Assembly: GCF_006345805.1 (NCBI RefSeq)
Contig: NC_043020.1
Span: forward strand, 31,139,756 to 31,203,755
Direction: 5' to 3'
Source of the DNA: Octopus sinensis
Lineage: Eukaryota
Length of the DNA: 64,000 nt
The position numbers and the translations under genes were made by a program. Positions 36,506-49,729 of this stretch are shown here, in pieces (positions within the stretch are counted from its first letter, which is position 1; every line of letters begins with the position of its first letter). The notes beneath the pieces are model-generated. The model did no database searches, had not been told where the DNA came from, and was given only the letters and a program-made list of their open reading frames with translations.

Positions 36506-38146
36506 TGCTGGTCCAGATGGTTTCCCAGCCATCCTCCTCAAAGCGTGTAAGCATGCCCTGGCAAAACCCCTCAAGATTCTCTTCCAGAGCTTTCTTGCGA
36601 ATGGCAAACTGCCAAGCAGGCTGAAGGAGGGAATAATATACCCAATACATAAAGGGGGAAGTAGGGCAGATGCCCAAAACTATAGGCCTATCTCTCTGAC
36701 CTCACACATCAGCAAAGTCATGGAACGGATAGTCAGAAAGAAACTAATCGCATTCCTTGAGGAAAATAACTTGCTGAGTGATACCCAGCATGGTTTTCGA
36801 CCAGGTAGGAGCCGCCTGACCCAGCTCTTACAACATTATGATGAGTGTTGAGGCAGTTACTCAACAAATCAAATGTGGACGTAATCTACCTTGATTTTGT
36901 AAAAGCTTCTGACAAGGTGGATAATGGTATGATATGCCACCAACTGCGTGACCTCGGCATAGCTGGAAAACTTGGAGTGTGGTTACATGACTTCCTGAAA
37001 GATAGGAGTCAGGCAGTAGTGGTTAATGGAGCCACCTCTATGAACACACAAATAGTGAGCGATGTTCCACAGGGCACTGTCTTGGGACCACTGCTTTTTA
37101 TAGTGGCCCTCTCAGATATGCCCTCAAATGCCCGGATAGCCACTCTGGCCAGCTATGCAGAAAATACAGAAAATGCAGAAAGTCTCGCAGAAAATACAGA
37201 ACCCCAGCGATGTTGCACACCTGCAGCAGGAGTTGGACTAAATCTACAGATGGGCTGAGGATAATAATATGCAGTTTAATGCTGAAACATTCCAGGCCCT
37301 GCGCTACCAGCATCCAAAACTGAATATTAAACTTACAGGATACATCGGTCCACAGGGAATTTCAATCCTAGAACCTAAGTCTGTGAGGGACCTGGGTATC
37401 GACATGAGTGATGATAACTCTTTCCAAGTGCACATTAGCCGGATAGCGACAAAGTGCAGACGACTGGCTGGGTGGATCCTAAGAACATTCAGAACCAGAG
37501 ATAAGGAAACCATGATGGTCCTCTGGCGGACATTCGTCCTCAGCCGCCTGGATTACTGCTCACAACTATGGTCACCCACCAGTGTAAAATTAACAGCGGA
37601 CCTTGAAGCAATCCAGAGAAGATTTACAAAGAAGATCCTCTCTTTGCAACAGCTCAGCAACTGGGAAAGGTTGAAACAGCTAAGACTCTACTCCCTGGAG
37701 AGAAGACGGGAGAGGTATGCAGTAATATATGTTTGGAAGATCCTGGAAGGAATTGTACCAAATTTTGGCATTGTAAGCTACACCAATGCTAGAACGGGAC
37801 GACACTGCATAGTGCCAAATATCCCAGCAATGCCATCACGCTTCAGGACCAGCTTCTGCAACAGCCTGGGTTTCAAGGGCCCACAGCTTTTTAATATTCT
37901 CCCAAAGAGTCTGAGGAACTTGCACAAAGTAGATGTAGAGGCTTTTAAATCAAAGCTAGACCTCTTCCTGTCGAGAGTCCCAGATGAGCCTACCTCACGG
38001 CAAGAGGTGCAAATGAGGGTAGCTATATGAAATTCCATTCTTCACCAAGTGCCACATATTAGACGAGGTTCTTCGCAATAACAGTGTAGCACAAAACGGC
38101 GGTGCATCAGCATGACCGCAGCTCTGAGCTGATACTAGAGAAAAAT
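36506..38146 (+). mobile_element. CR1/L2-group LINE, 5'-truncated RT pseudogene
   Basis: GPDGFP, NYRPISLTSH, QHGFRPGRS, VPQGTVLGPLLF, DLG and YSLERRRERY; frameshifts; YADD scrambled by a short duplication near 37155-37190. Confidence 0.93.
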
Positions 38147-38185
38147 ATATATATATATATGTGTATGTATATATATATATATGTG

Positions 38186-38256
<71 letters not shown>

Positions 38257-38378
38257 ATTCATGGAGCAAGTTGTACTCAAACCAACTAGGGCGAATAACA
38301 TATATATATAGTCTTTATACTCTTTTATTTGTTTGTCATTTGACTGTGGCCATGCTGGAGCACCACCTTTATCACCTT

Positions 38379-38790
38379 GGGCTAGGAAAGATACTAGAAA
38401 CTTTTGGGATATAACTATGGGGGCAACAGATTCTGCTCAGGATACTGATTTAGTAGGTATTTATTATCAGAACTTCAATTATAATGATAAATTATGATCT
38501 AGGAAAGATACTAGAAGCTTTTTAGATATACCTTTGGGAGCATCAGATTCTGCTCAGGCTAATGATTTACTAGGTATTTATTTATTATCAGAACTTCAAT
38601 TATAATAATAAATTATGGGCTAAGAAAGATACTAGAAACTGTTTTGATATACCTATGGGGTCACCAGATTCTGCTCAGGCTACTGATTTAGTAGGTATTA
38701 ATTTATTATCAGAACTTCAATTATAATAATAAATTATGGGCTAGGAAAGATACTAGAAGCTTTTTTGATATACCTATGGGGTCACCAGAT
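38379..38790. repeat. ~120-bp tandem repeat, about 3.4 copies
   Basis: Units start at 38379, 38496, 38617 and 38738. Single related units at ~19917-20010 and ~61045-61140. Confidence 0.92.
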
Positions 38791-41700
38791 TGCTAGAAAT
38801 AGCAATCAAATCTTCCTCAGATCACACTTTTCTATACTAATGGACTAATGTCAGATCTTCTAGATAATTACTTGACTTGCAAGATATAGCAGTCAAATCT
38901 TCCTCATATTGCGCTTTTCTATTCTAATGGAACAATTTTAGACCCTCTAAATAGTAGCTTCACTTGCTAGAAATAGTCAAATCTCCGTATTATCACACAT
39001 TTCTATTCTAATGGACCAATGTCACATCCTCTAAATAGTTGTTTGACTTGCTAGAAATAACTGTAAAATCTTCCTCAGATCACACTTTTCTATTCTAATG
39101 GACCAATGTCACATCCTCTAAATAGTTGCTTAACTTGGTAGAAATAACAGTCAAATCTCCCTCAGATCACACTTTTCTATTCTAATGGACAAATGTCAGA
39201 TGCTCTTAATAGTGCTTGACTTGCTCGAAAGAGCAGACAAATCTTCCTCAGATCACATTTTTCTATTCTAATTGACCAATGTCAGATTGTCTAAATAGAA
39301 GCTTGACTTGCTAGAAATAACAGTTAAATCTTCCTCAGATCACACTTCTATTCAAATGGAACAATGTTAAATCCTCTAAATAGTTGCTTGACTTGCTAGA
39401 AATAGCAGTCATATCTTAATTAGATCACACTTTTCTATTCTTATGGACCAATGCCAGAGCCACTAAATAGTTTCTTAACTTACAAGAAATAGCAGTCAAG
39501 TCTTCCTTAGATCACACTTTTCTACTCTAATGGAACAATGTCAGATCTGCAAAATAATTGCTTCACTTGCTAGAAATAGCAGTCAATTCTCCCTCAGATC
39601 AGACTTTTCTGTTCTAATCGACCAATGTCACGAACTCTTAATAGTTGCTTGACTTGCTAGAGAGAGGAAACAAATCTTTTTCAGATCACTCTTTTCTATT
39701 CCAATAGACCAATGTCAGACCCTCTAAATAGTTGCTTGACTTGCTAGAAATAGCAGTCAAAACATCCTGAGATCACAGTTTTCTATTCTAATGGAAGAAT
39801 GTCAGATCATCTAAATAAAAGCTTGACTTGCTAGAAATAGCTATCAAATGTTCCTCTGATCACACTTTTCTACTCTAATGGAACAATGTCAAATCCTCTA
39901 AATAGTTGCTTTACTTGCTAGAAATAGCAGTCAAATCTTAATCAGAGCACACTTTTCTATTCTCATGGACTGATGTCAGAACCTCTAAATAGTTTCTTGA
40001 CTTCCTAAAAATAACAGTCAAATCTTCCTCAGCTCATGCTTTTCTATTCTAATGGACCAATGTCAGCTCCTCTAAATAGATCCTTGACTTGCTAGTAATA
40101 GTAGTCAAATCTCAGTATTATCACACTTTTTTATTCTAATGGAACAATATCAGATCCTCTAAATAGTTGCTTGACTGGCTAGAAATAGAAATTACATCCT
40201 CCTCAGATTACATTCTTCGATTCTAATGGAACAATGTCAGAACCTCTAAATAGTTTCTTGACTTGCAAAAAATAACAGACAAATCTCCATCAGATCAAAC
40301 GTTTCTATACTAATGGACCAATGTCAGATCCTCAAAATAAGTTGCTTCACTTGCTAGAAATAGCAATCAAACCTTCCTCAGATCACTTTACTATCCTAAT
40401 GGAACAATGTCAGATCCTCTAAATAGCTGCTTGACTTTCTAAAAATAGCAGACAAATCTCCTTCAGATCACACTTTTCTATTCTAATGGACCAATATCAG
40501 ATCATCTAAACAGTTGCTAGACTTGCTAGAAATAGCAGTCAAATCTCCCTCAGATCACAATTTTCTATACTAGTCGCCCAATGTCAGATCCTCTAAATAG
40601 TTGGTTGTCTGGCAAGAAATAGCAGTCAAATATCTCTCAGATCACACATTTCTATTCAAATAGACCAATGTCAGATCCTCTAAATTAAAGCTGCAATTGC
40701 GAGAAATAGCAATCAAATGTTCCTCACATCACTCGCTTCTATTCTAATGGAACAATGTCAGACATTCTAAATAGTTGCTAGAGTTGCTAGAAATAGCAAT
40801 CAAATCTTCCTCAGATCAGACTTTTCTATTCTAATGCACCAATATAAGATCTTCTAAATAGTTGCTTGACTTGCTATAATTGACAGGAAAATCTTCCTTA
40901 TATCACACTTTTCTATTCTAATGGACCAATGTCAGATGCTCTTAATAGTTGCTTGACTTGCTAGAAAGAGGAGACAAATCTTCCTCAGATCACACTTTTC
41001 TATTCTAATAGACCAATGTCAGATCCTCTAAATAGTTGCTTGCTTTGCTAGAAATAGCAGTCAAAACTTCCTTTAGATGACATTTTTCTATTCTAATAGA
41101 CCAATGTGAGATCCTCTAAATAGTTCCTTGACTTGCTAGAAATAGCAGTCAAATCTCCCTCAGATCACACATTTCTATTCTAATGACCAATGTCACATGC
41201 TCTTAATAGTTGTTTGAATTTCTAGAAAGAGGAGACAAATCTTCCTCAGATCACACTTTTTTATTCTAAAGGCTGAAGACGCTCGACCTTTATTCTCTAG
41301 AAAAATGACAACGCCGTGGAGATCTCATTCTTGCTCACAACATCATAAGCGGAAAGTGTAACCTCTCGAAAGAGCTGTTCTTCTCTCCTGCTCCAGAGCA
41401 TCGGCCGTGGGGTCATTCCGAAAAGCTCTATCTGCGACGATTTCATCTCAATTGAAGGAGAGGGGCTTTCTCCGTCCGGGTTGCGGATCAGTGGAATAAG
41501 CTGCCAGACGAGATGGTGAAGATGCCGATGACTGCTCGGTTCAAAGTCTCCCTTGACCTCAAGTGGCCTGAACTCTTTACATGAACACCACCCTGTACAT
41601 AACTCCTTGTCCCCCTACATGGCCTTGCTTTTTGCTATTTGAGCCAAAAAATTAACTAACTAACTAACTAAAAGACCAATGACAGATTCTCTAAATAGTT

Positions 41701-44700
41701 CCATCACTTGCTAGAAAGAGCAGTCAAAATTTCCTTTCGATCAAACTTTTCTATTCTTATGGACCATTGTCATGACCTCTAAATAGTTGCTTGATTTGCA
41801 AGAAATAGCAGTCAACCTTTATAAGATCACACTTTTCTATTCTAATGGACCAATATCAGATCCTCTAAATAGTTGCTTCACTTGCAAGAAATGGCGATCA
41901 AATCTTCATCAGATTACACTTTTTTATTCTAATGGAACAATGTCAGATCGTCTAAATAAAAGCTTGACTTGCTAGAAATAACAGTCAAGTCTTCCTTAGA
42001 TCACACTTTTCTATTTTAATAGAACAATGTCAGATCCTAATAATAGATGCTTGACTTGCTAGAAATAGCAATCAAATCTTACTCAGATTACACTTTTCTA
42101 TTCTAATGGAACAATGTCAAGATATCTAAATAGTTGCTAGACTTGATAGAAATAGCAGTCAAATCTCCTTCAGATCACAATTTTCTATTCTAATCGACAA
42201 ATGTCAGATCCTCTAAATATTTGCTTTCCTTGCAAGATGTAGCAGTCAAATCTTCCTCAGACCACACTTTTCTATTCTAATGAGAGAATGTCAGATCGTC
42301 TAAATAAAAGCTTGACTTGCTAGAAATAGCTGTCAAATCTTCATCATATCACTCTTTTCTACTCTAATGGACCAATGTCAGATCCTCTAAATAGTTACTA
42401 GACTTGCTAGAAATAGTAGTCAAATCTTCATCAGATCACACTTTTCTATTCTAATTGAACAATGTCAGATCCTCTAAATAGTTGCTAGACTTGACAGAAA
42501 TAGGAGTCAAACCTTCCTTATATCAGACTTTTCTATTTTAATGGAACAATATCAAATCCTCTAAATATTAGCTTCACTTGCTAGAAATAACAGTCAAATC
42601 TCCCTTAGATCACACTTTTCTGTATTAATGGATCAATGCCAGTTACTCTAAATAGTTGCTTGACTTGCTAAAAATAGCAGTGAAACCTTCCTCAGATCAC
42701 ACTTTTCTACTCTAATGGAAATTTGTCAGATCGTCTAAATAAAAGCTTGACTTGCTAGAAATAGCCATCAAATGTTCCTCAGATCACTCGTTTCTTTTCT
42801 AATGGAACAATGTCAGATCCTCTAAATAGTTCCTTGACTTGCTAGATATATCTATAAAATCTTCCTCAGATCAAACTTTTCCATTCTAATGGACAAATGT
42901 CAGATGATCTTAAAAGTTGCTTGAGTTGCTAGAAAGAGGAGACAAATCTTCCTCAGATCACACTTTTCTATTCCAATGGAACAGTGTCAAATCCTCTAAA
43001 TAGTTGCTTGACTTGCTAGAAATAGTAGTCAAATCATAATCAGATCACACTTTTCTATTCTCATGGACCAATATCAGAGCCTCTAAATAGTTCCTTAACT
43101 TGCTAAAAATAACAGTCAAATCTTCCTCAGCTCACGCTTTTCTATTCTAATGGACCAATGTCAGATCCTCTAAATAGTTCTTTGACTTGATAGAAATAGT
43201 AGTCAAATCTCCGTATTATCACAATTTTCTATTCTAATGGAACAACATCAGATCCTCTAAATCCTTGCTTCACTTGCTAGAAATAGAAATCAAATCTTCC
43301 TCAGATTACACTCTTCTATTCTAATGGAACAATGTCAAGATCTCTAACTAGTTGCTTGACATGCTAGAATTAGCAGTCGAATCTCCCTCAGATCACAATT
43401 TTCTATACTAATTGACCAATGTCAGATCATCTAAATAGTTGCCTTCCTTGGTAGATATAGCTGTCAAATCTTCCTGAGATCACACTTTTCTATTCTAATG
43501 GAACAATGTCAGATCATCTAAATAAAAGCTTGACTTGCTAGAAATAGCAGTCAAATCTCCCTCAGATCACACATTTCTATTCTAATGACCAATGTCACAT
43601 GCTCTTAATAGTTGCTTGACTTTCTAGAAAGAGGAGACAAATCTTCCTCAGATCACACTTTTCTATTCTAAAAGACCAATGACAGATTCTCTAAATAGTT
43701 CCTTCACTTGCTAGAAAGAGCAGTCAAAACTTCCTTTGGATCAAACTTTTCTATTCTTATGGGCCATTGTCACAACCTCTAAATAGTTGCTTGATTTGCA
43801 AAAAATAGAAGTCAACCTTCTTAAGATCACATTTTTCTATTCTAATGAACCAATATCAGATCCTCTAAATACTTGCTTGATTTGCTAGAAATAACAGTCA
43901 AATCTTTCTCAGATCACACTTTTCTATTCCAATGGAACAATGTCAAATCCTCTAAATAGTTGCTTGACTTGCTAGAAATAGCAGTCAAATCTTAATCAGA
44001 TCACACTTTTCTATTCTCATGGACCAATATCAGAGCCTCTAAATAGTTTCTTAACTTGCTAAAAATAACAGTCAAATCTTCCTCAGCTCACGCTTTTCTA
44101 TTCTAATGACTAATGTCAGATCCTCTAAATAGTTCCTTGACTTGCTAGAAATATTAGTCAAATCTCCGTATTATCACACTTTTCTATTCTTATAGAACAA
44201 TATCAGATCCTCTAAATAGTTGCTTCACTTGCTAGAAATAGCAGTCAAGTCTTCCCTAGATCATACTTTTCTATTCTAATGGAACAATGTCAGATCGTCT
44301 AAATAAAAGCTTGACTTGCTAGAAATAGCAATCAAATCTTACTCAGATTACACTTTTCTATTCTAATGGAACAATGTCAAGACCTCAAAATAATTGCTAG
44401 ACTTGATAGAAATAGCTGTCAAATCTCCCTCAGATCACAATTTTCTATTCTAATCGACAAATGTCAGATCCTCTAAATATGTGCTTTCTTTGCAAGATGT
44501 AGCAGTCAAATCTACCTCAGACAACACTTTTCTATTCTAATGAAAGAATGTCAGATCGTCTAAATAAAAGCTTGATTTGCTAGAAATAGCCATCAAATGT
44601 TCCTCAGATCACTCGTTTCTTTTCTAATGGAACAATGTCAGATCCTCTAAATAGTTCCTTGACTTGCTAGAAATATCTATAAAATCTTCCTCAGATCAAA

Positions 44701-46260
44701 CTTTTCTATTCTAATGGACAAATGTCAAATGATCTTAATAGTTGTTTGACTTGCAAGAAAGAGGAGACAAATCTTCCTCAGATCACACTTTTCTATTTAA
44801 TAGACCAATGTCAGATGCTCTAAAGGACCAATCTCAGATCTTCTAAATAGTTGCTTGACTTGGTAGAAATAACAGTCAAATCTCCCTCAGATGACACTTT
44901 TCTCTTCTAATGGACCAATGTCAGATGCTCTTAATAGTGCTTGACTTGCTAGAAAGAGCAGACAAATCTTCCTGAGATTACACTTTTCCATTCTAATAGA
45001 CCAATGTTAGATCCTCTAAATATTTGCTTAACTTGATAGAAATAGCAGCCTATACTTCCTCAGATCACATTTTTCTATTCTAATTGACCAATGTCACATC
45101 CTCTAAATACTTGCTTGACTTGCTAGAAATAACTGTCAAATCTTAATCAGATCACACTTTTCTATTCTAACGGAACATGTCAAATTCTCTAAATAGTTTC
45201 TTGACTTGATAGAAATAGCAGTCAAATCTTAATCAGATCACACTTTTCTATTCTCATGGACCAATGTCAGAACCTCTAAAGTTTCTTGACTTGCTAAAAA
45301 TAACAGTCAAATCTTCCTCAGCTCACGCTAATTGATTTACTTGCTAGAAGTAGCAGTGAAATCTTCCTCAGCTCACACTCTACTATTCTATTGGAACAAT
45401 GTCAAATCCTAATAATAGATGCTTGACTTGCTAGAAATAGCAGTCACATCTCCATCAGATCATACTTTTCTATACTAATGGACCAATGTTATTATCCTCT
45501 GAATAAGTTGCTTGATTTGCCAGAAATAGCAATCAAACCTTCCTCAGATCACACTTTTCTATTCTAAAGGCACAATGTCAGATTCTCTAAATAGTTGCTT
45601 GACTTGCTAGAAATAGCAGACAAATCTCCTTCAGATCACACTTTTCTATACTAGTGGACCAATTTCAGATCCTGTAAATAGTTGCTTGACTTGCGAGAAA
45701 TTGCAGTCAAATCTTCCTCAGCTCACGCTTTTCTATTCTAATGGACTAATGTCAGATCCTCAAAATAGTTGCTTGACTTGCTAGAAATAGCAGTCAAATC
45801 TTCCTCAGATCACACTTTTCTATTCTAAGGGACCAATGTTAGATCCTCTAAATAGTTGCTTGACGTTCTAGAAATAGCAGTCAAATCTCCTTCAGATCAC
45901 ACTCTTCTATTCTAATGGAACAATGTCCGATCAATTAAATCATTGCTTAACTGCTAGAAATAGCAATCAAATCTTCCTCAGATCCCACTTTTTTTATTCT
46001 AATGAACCAATGTCAGAACCTCTAAATATTTGCTTGACTTGCTAGAAATAGCAGTCAAATCCTCCTGAGATCAGAGTTTTCTATTCTAATGGACTAATGT
46101 CAGATACTCTAAATATTTGCTTCACCTGCTAGAAATAGCAGTCAAATCTCCTTCAGATCACACTTTTTTTATTCTAATGGAACAATGTCAGATCCTCTAA
46201 ATAGCTGCTTGACTTGTAGAAATATTAGTCAAATCTTCCTCAGTTCACACTTTTCTATTC
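38791..46260. repeat. 87-bp satellite array, about 80 monomers
   Basis: Consensus gtcaaatcttcctcagatcacacttttctattctaatggaccaatgtcagatcctctaaatagttgcttgacttgctagaaatagca; period of 87 measured at 39744/39831 and 45781/45868. Confidence 0.98.
41271..41667 (+). mobile_element. CR1/L2-group LINE 3' fragment inserted in the satellite
   Basis: RGDLILAHNII, GHSEKL and RVADQWNKLP peptides; (TAAC)n tail; CTAAA duplicated at 41266-41270 and 41668-41672. Confidence 0.9.
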
Positions 46261-47410
46261 TCTCTCTTCTCCCCCTTCTTAATTCCTTTGTTCCCCTTTT
46301 CCTCTCTCTTATCTTCTCACGTGTCTGCTTGGCGGACTACTGGCCTTTCTGTGTCTGGCCGAGGTCGCTGAAACATCAACATTTCCTTTCTCTGCCGTAA
46401 GGCTCAATTCCTTACACGCCTGCTGAATTCAATTCGTCTCTAGTCCAAAGACGCCTGTTGTGATGTCCTGATATTATTATTATTATTTTTTCGTATTATT
46501 TTTGTATTTATATTCGTGTAACATCGTCCGTTTTTCCGTCCTTGTGTCCTATACATTCGAAGCTTTTTTTCCAATGAATCTAATGCTCTTAGCTATTCTT
46601 TTCCTTGGGGATGGCCAGATTAGAGCAATCCCAAGATTAATCAGCCGATGATCCGGTTCTTGACTGAAGATTAAAGGCTTCGAATGACCCGTCCGTGCTT
46701 TTTGTATAGTCTTCTGGATGTTCTGCGTTCTTGTCGCCTTTTGTATTTTTATATATTTATATATATATATTTATATATATCAATTTTACTTTAAGTTACG
46801 AACGGAAAAATGGGATATTGTGAATTTTCAGAAAGTCTCCTCTCCTCCCCTCAAAGTTGTCAGCACGCATTTTTTTAATTCGTTTTCCCCATACTTATCA
46901 ATACTTACTAACACCCCTCAAGCTGGTTAATTTTTTTCTTTTCTTTTTTTTTTTGTTGCCAGGTGGGGATCTTTATATTAACCATAAAAATTTTTTACTG
47001 AAAGCGACGATCTTACTCAGAAACATAAACAAATCCACGTGCTTTAAGAAGTAATGTAAACTTCTTAAAACGAAAGTATCGCCTAATAATGATTATTCGC
47101 ATATTTATTAACACGTTTAGGCAGGTTCAGACCTAAAATATGCTGTTGGCTGAAGTGTATGTTGAGGAGAGCCATTTTTCCCATTCTGGGACACCGGTGT
47201 TTCGATATGTTGTGTTTCGTTAGGAAAAAGAAGCCAGAACTCTGAGCCTAACATAAAGCCGCTGCCTTGGTTTATACTTTCAGCAGACAAATTGATCGCA
47301 GATCGGTACTTGTATCGTTATTTGCATTGTGTACTGTAAGGGCTGAAACGATTTTTTTACAGCAATACTTATTTTGACATAATTACCAAGACTGACCAAC
47401 AGTTGATCAA

Positions 47411-48105
47411 GGCCATTCGGTTTACGTGCCTAAAATGTGAAAGGAACATAACTTAATACCCCAAAATATGTCTCATACTTTTGAAAAATGTGAAATATGC
47501 GATGTTTGGCTCCAACAAAATCGCATGGAAATTAGCGGTTTTGATGCTAATGGATAACTAGTAGTTGTGGAGATAAATGAATGTAAATTTTTTTTTCATC
47601 GAAAATATAACCGCGGTAAGTGGCGCACTGGCCATTGGGTATTCGCCGGAATAGAAAGGGTTTCGAAGAAATGTCTCTTAGTTGAAGTGCCTGATCGTAC
47701 TGAGCAGACTTTGACAGCATTAACTGAACGATGGATTCTACCAGGGAGTCACATAGTAAGTGATGGCTGGTGATCATTCAATAACATTGGGATTCTAAAT
47801 GATAGTGGTGTACACTCACATGAATTTCGTTCATCCTGCCAATGAAGACGTCCACACACAAAATATAGAAAATATGTGAATGCTTGTGAAACACAAATTA
47901 CGCCATCAATTTGGAACTTCAGAGGCTTTGTTTCTTATTTGCACAAATTCATATGGCGCAATTCACTAGACAAGAATAAGACATTTATTCACTTTTGGGT
48001 GCGATATCAAGTGTGTATACTGTATGATCAAAAATAAGTTATGTTCCTTTAATTTTAATTAGTTATGACCCTTTACTATTTTTACGCACGTAAACTGAAC
48101 AATTA
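47411..48105 (+). mobile_element. Merlin (ISXO2-like) transposon derivative
   Basis: VVEINECKF..RKYNRG...WVFAGIER..KKC..VEVPDRT..TL...I.PGS.IVSDGW and HTQNIEN motifs; imperfect inverted ends ttcggtttacgtgcctaaaa / tttttacgcacgtaaactgaa. Confidence 0.85.
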
Positions 48106-48130
48106 CTGCAGTGATGTATCAAACTTGGCA

Positions 48131-48356
48131 CTAGCTAGTGGTAAGTAGTCGATCCTACAACGACTTGCGCGTATGATTGTATTTCAAGGCTGAATACATA
48201 TCAAAGAAAATTAGATAATATTTTTTGAACAAAGTAAATAAAACTCAAAGTAAATAATTATTTAAACTAAGTAAATAAATTAAATTTAATAAACAAACTA
48301 AGGTTAGGTTTAGGGTTAAAAAGTCGTTGTAGGATCGACTACTTATGACTAGCTAG
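48131..48356. mobile_element. 226-bp MITE with 36-bp terminal inverted repeats
   Basis: 48131-48166 and 48321-48356 are inverted copies with 2 mismatches. Confidence 0.8.
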
Positions 48357-48622
48357 CGCGGATGCGCGAGTGCACGCACAAAGATCACTGTTTGCTAATA
48401 GTACCCTGCAGTGAAGTATCAAACTTGGGACAGTGAAATAGATATGGCTGAATATTATAGCACTCCAATATCAAAGGATAAGCAAGATTGGGATCTTTTC
48501 CTTTTGATAGACAGCCAAGTGAAAATGTTTTCTTTTGACACATTCTACCAGTATTCGAAGTTTCAAATTGTTTAGTTAAATAGAAATTGTGTTGAATTAT
48601 GTCTATCAAAAGGAAAATATCC

Positions 48623-49666
48623 TTTTTATATTCTAAATAATTTGCAATTTCAGAAAATATATTAACTTTGCGTTTTTTTAATTTGATAAATTCTACGGAA
48701 ACAAACGAAGGTGCACGAGTGACGCCAGATTGACGTCACACTTTTTCTACTTTCCTCCTGACAACTAATTCTCCTGGAAAGTTCTGGAATGTTCTCTTCC
48801 ATTTGGAACTTTTATTTCTCTTCAATCTGGAAATATTTGTCTTGTTTTTTCACTGAAAATTGTTTATAAGTTAGTGCTTTTATGAATACATATTACTTAA
48901 AATGGATTTCGATGAGTAACGTTTGTAAACAAACAGTTTTCTGTATCTGAGAGAAGTGAATATCGACTGCCGTGAAAATATCCAAAAGTTAGTTTTTGTT
49001 TTTATTGATAAATCACTGAAAGATGTTTGTCCTGCTTCTAAGAATTGTGAAAGAATTCAACAGAAGAATTTCCAGTCATAAATTCTCGAAGTTGCTGTTT
49101 ATCCTCCACCGAAAAAGTAAGAATTTATTAATATTATTGTCAAACCATTTATCTTCTTAAGTTTTGTGTCAATTATGATGTATAGGGATAAATATATTGA
49201 TTCTTAAACAAGAGACCTTTTTCTAACACTCACCTACACACACACACACACCTTTAAAAATAAGTCTATTACTTCAAATGTTAATGGTTTCTGTTAAGAC
49301 TCAGCAATTTTTAAACGAGTTCTTGACTAGAATTTGGTTTGTCAACTTTTAAAATAACGTTCAGTTCTTTAGACGTTCACATGATTAACAAGGCTAACGT
49401 GGGGTGGCTAGAAATAGCAGTCAAATTACTCTCAGATCCATACAAGATCATGCAATTGTTCAGTCTAGGAGCCCAATAACAAATCAACTTAGTTGTTTAT
49501 GAAAGAAGTCGATATTTAGAGAGTGAAAACGTGTTTTTCTCTCTTTTTTGCTGGAGCACCGACTTTGGTCGAGCAAATCGACCCCAGGACTTATTCTTTG
49601 TAAGCCTAGTACTTATTCTATCGGTCTCTATTGCCGTAAACACAACGCACACTCACACACACACAC

Positions 49667-49729
<63 letters not shown>

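Noticed and set aside
38791-46260. Regularly spaced repeats as a CRISPR array
   Set aside because: Monomers are contiguous with no unique spacers, there are no cas genes, and the context is eukaryotic.
46340-46380. ctggccgaggtcgctgaaacatc as a hammerhead
   Set aside because: The core is not CUGANGA and the stems do not pair.
46655-46705. Hammerhead-like ctgaaga...cgaatgacccgtc (also near 1925 and 59260)
   Set aside because: GAAU instead of GAAA, and no stem I or stem II pairing.
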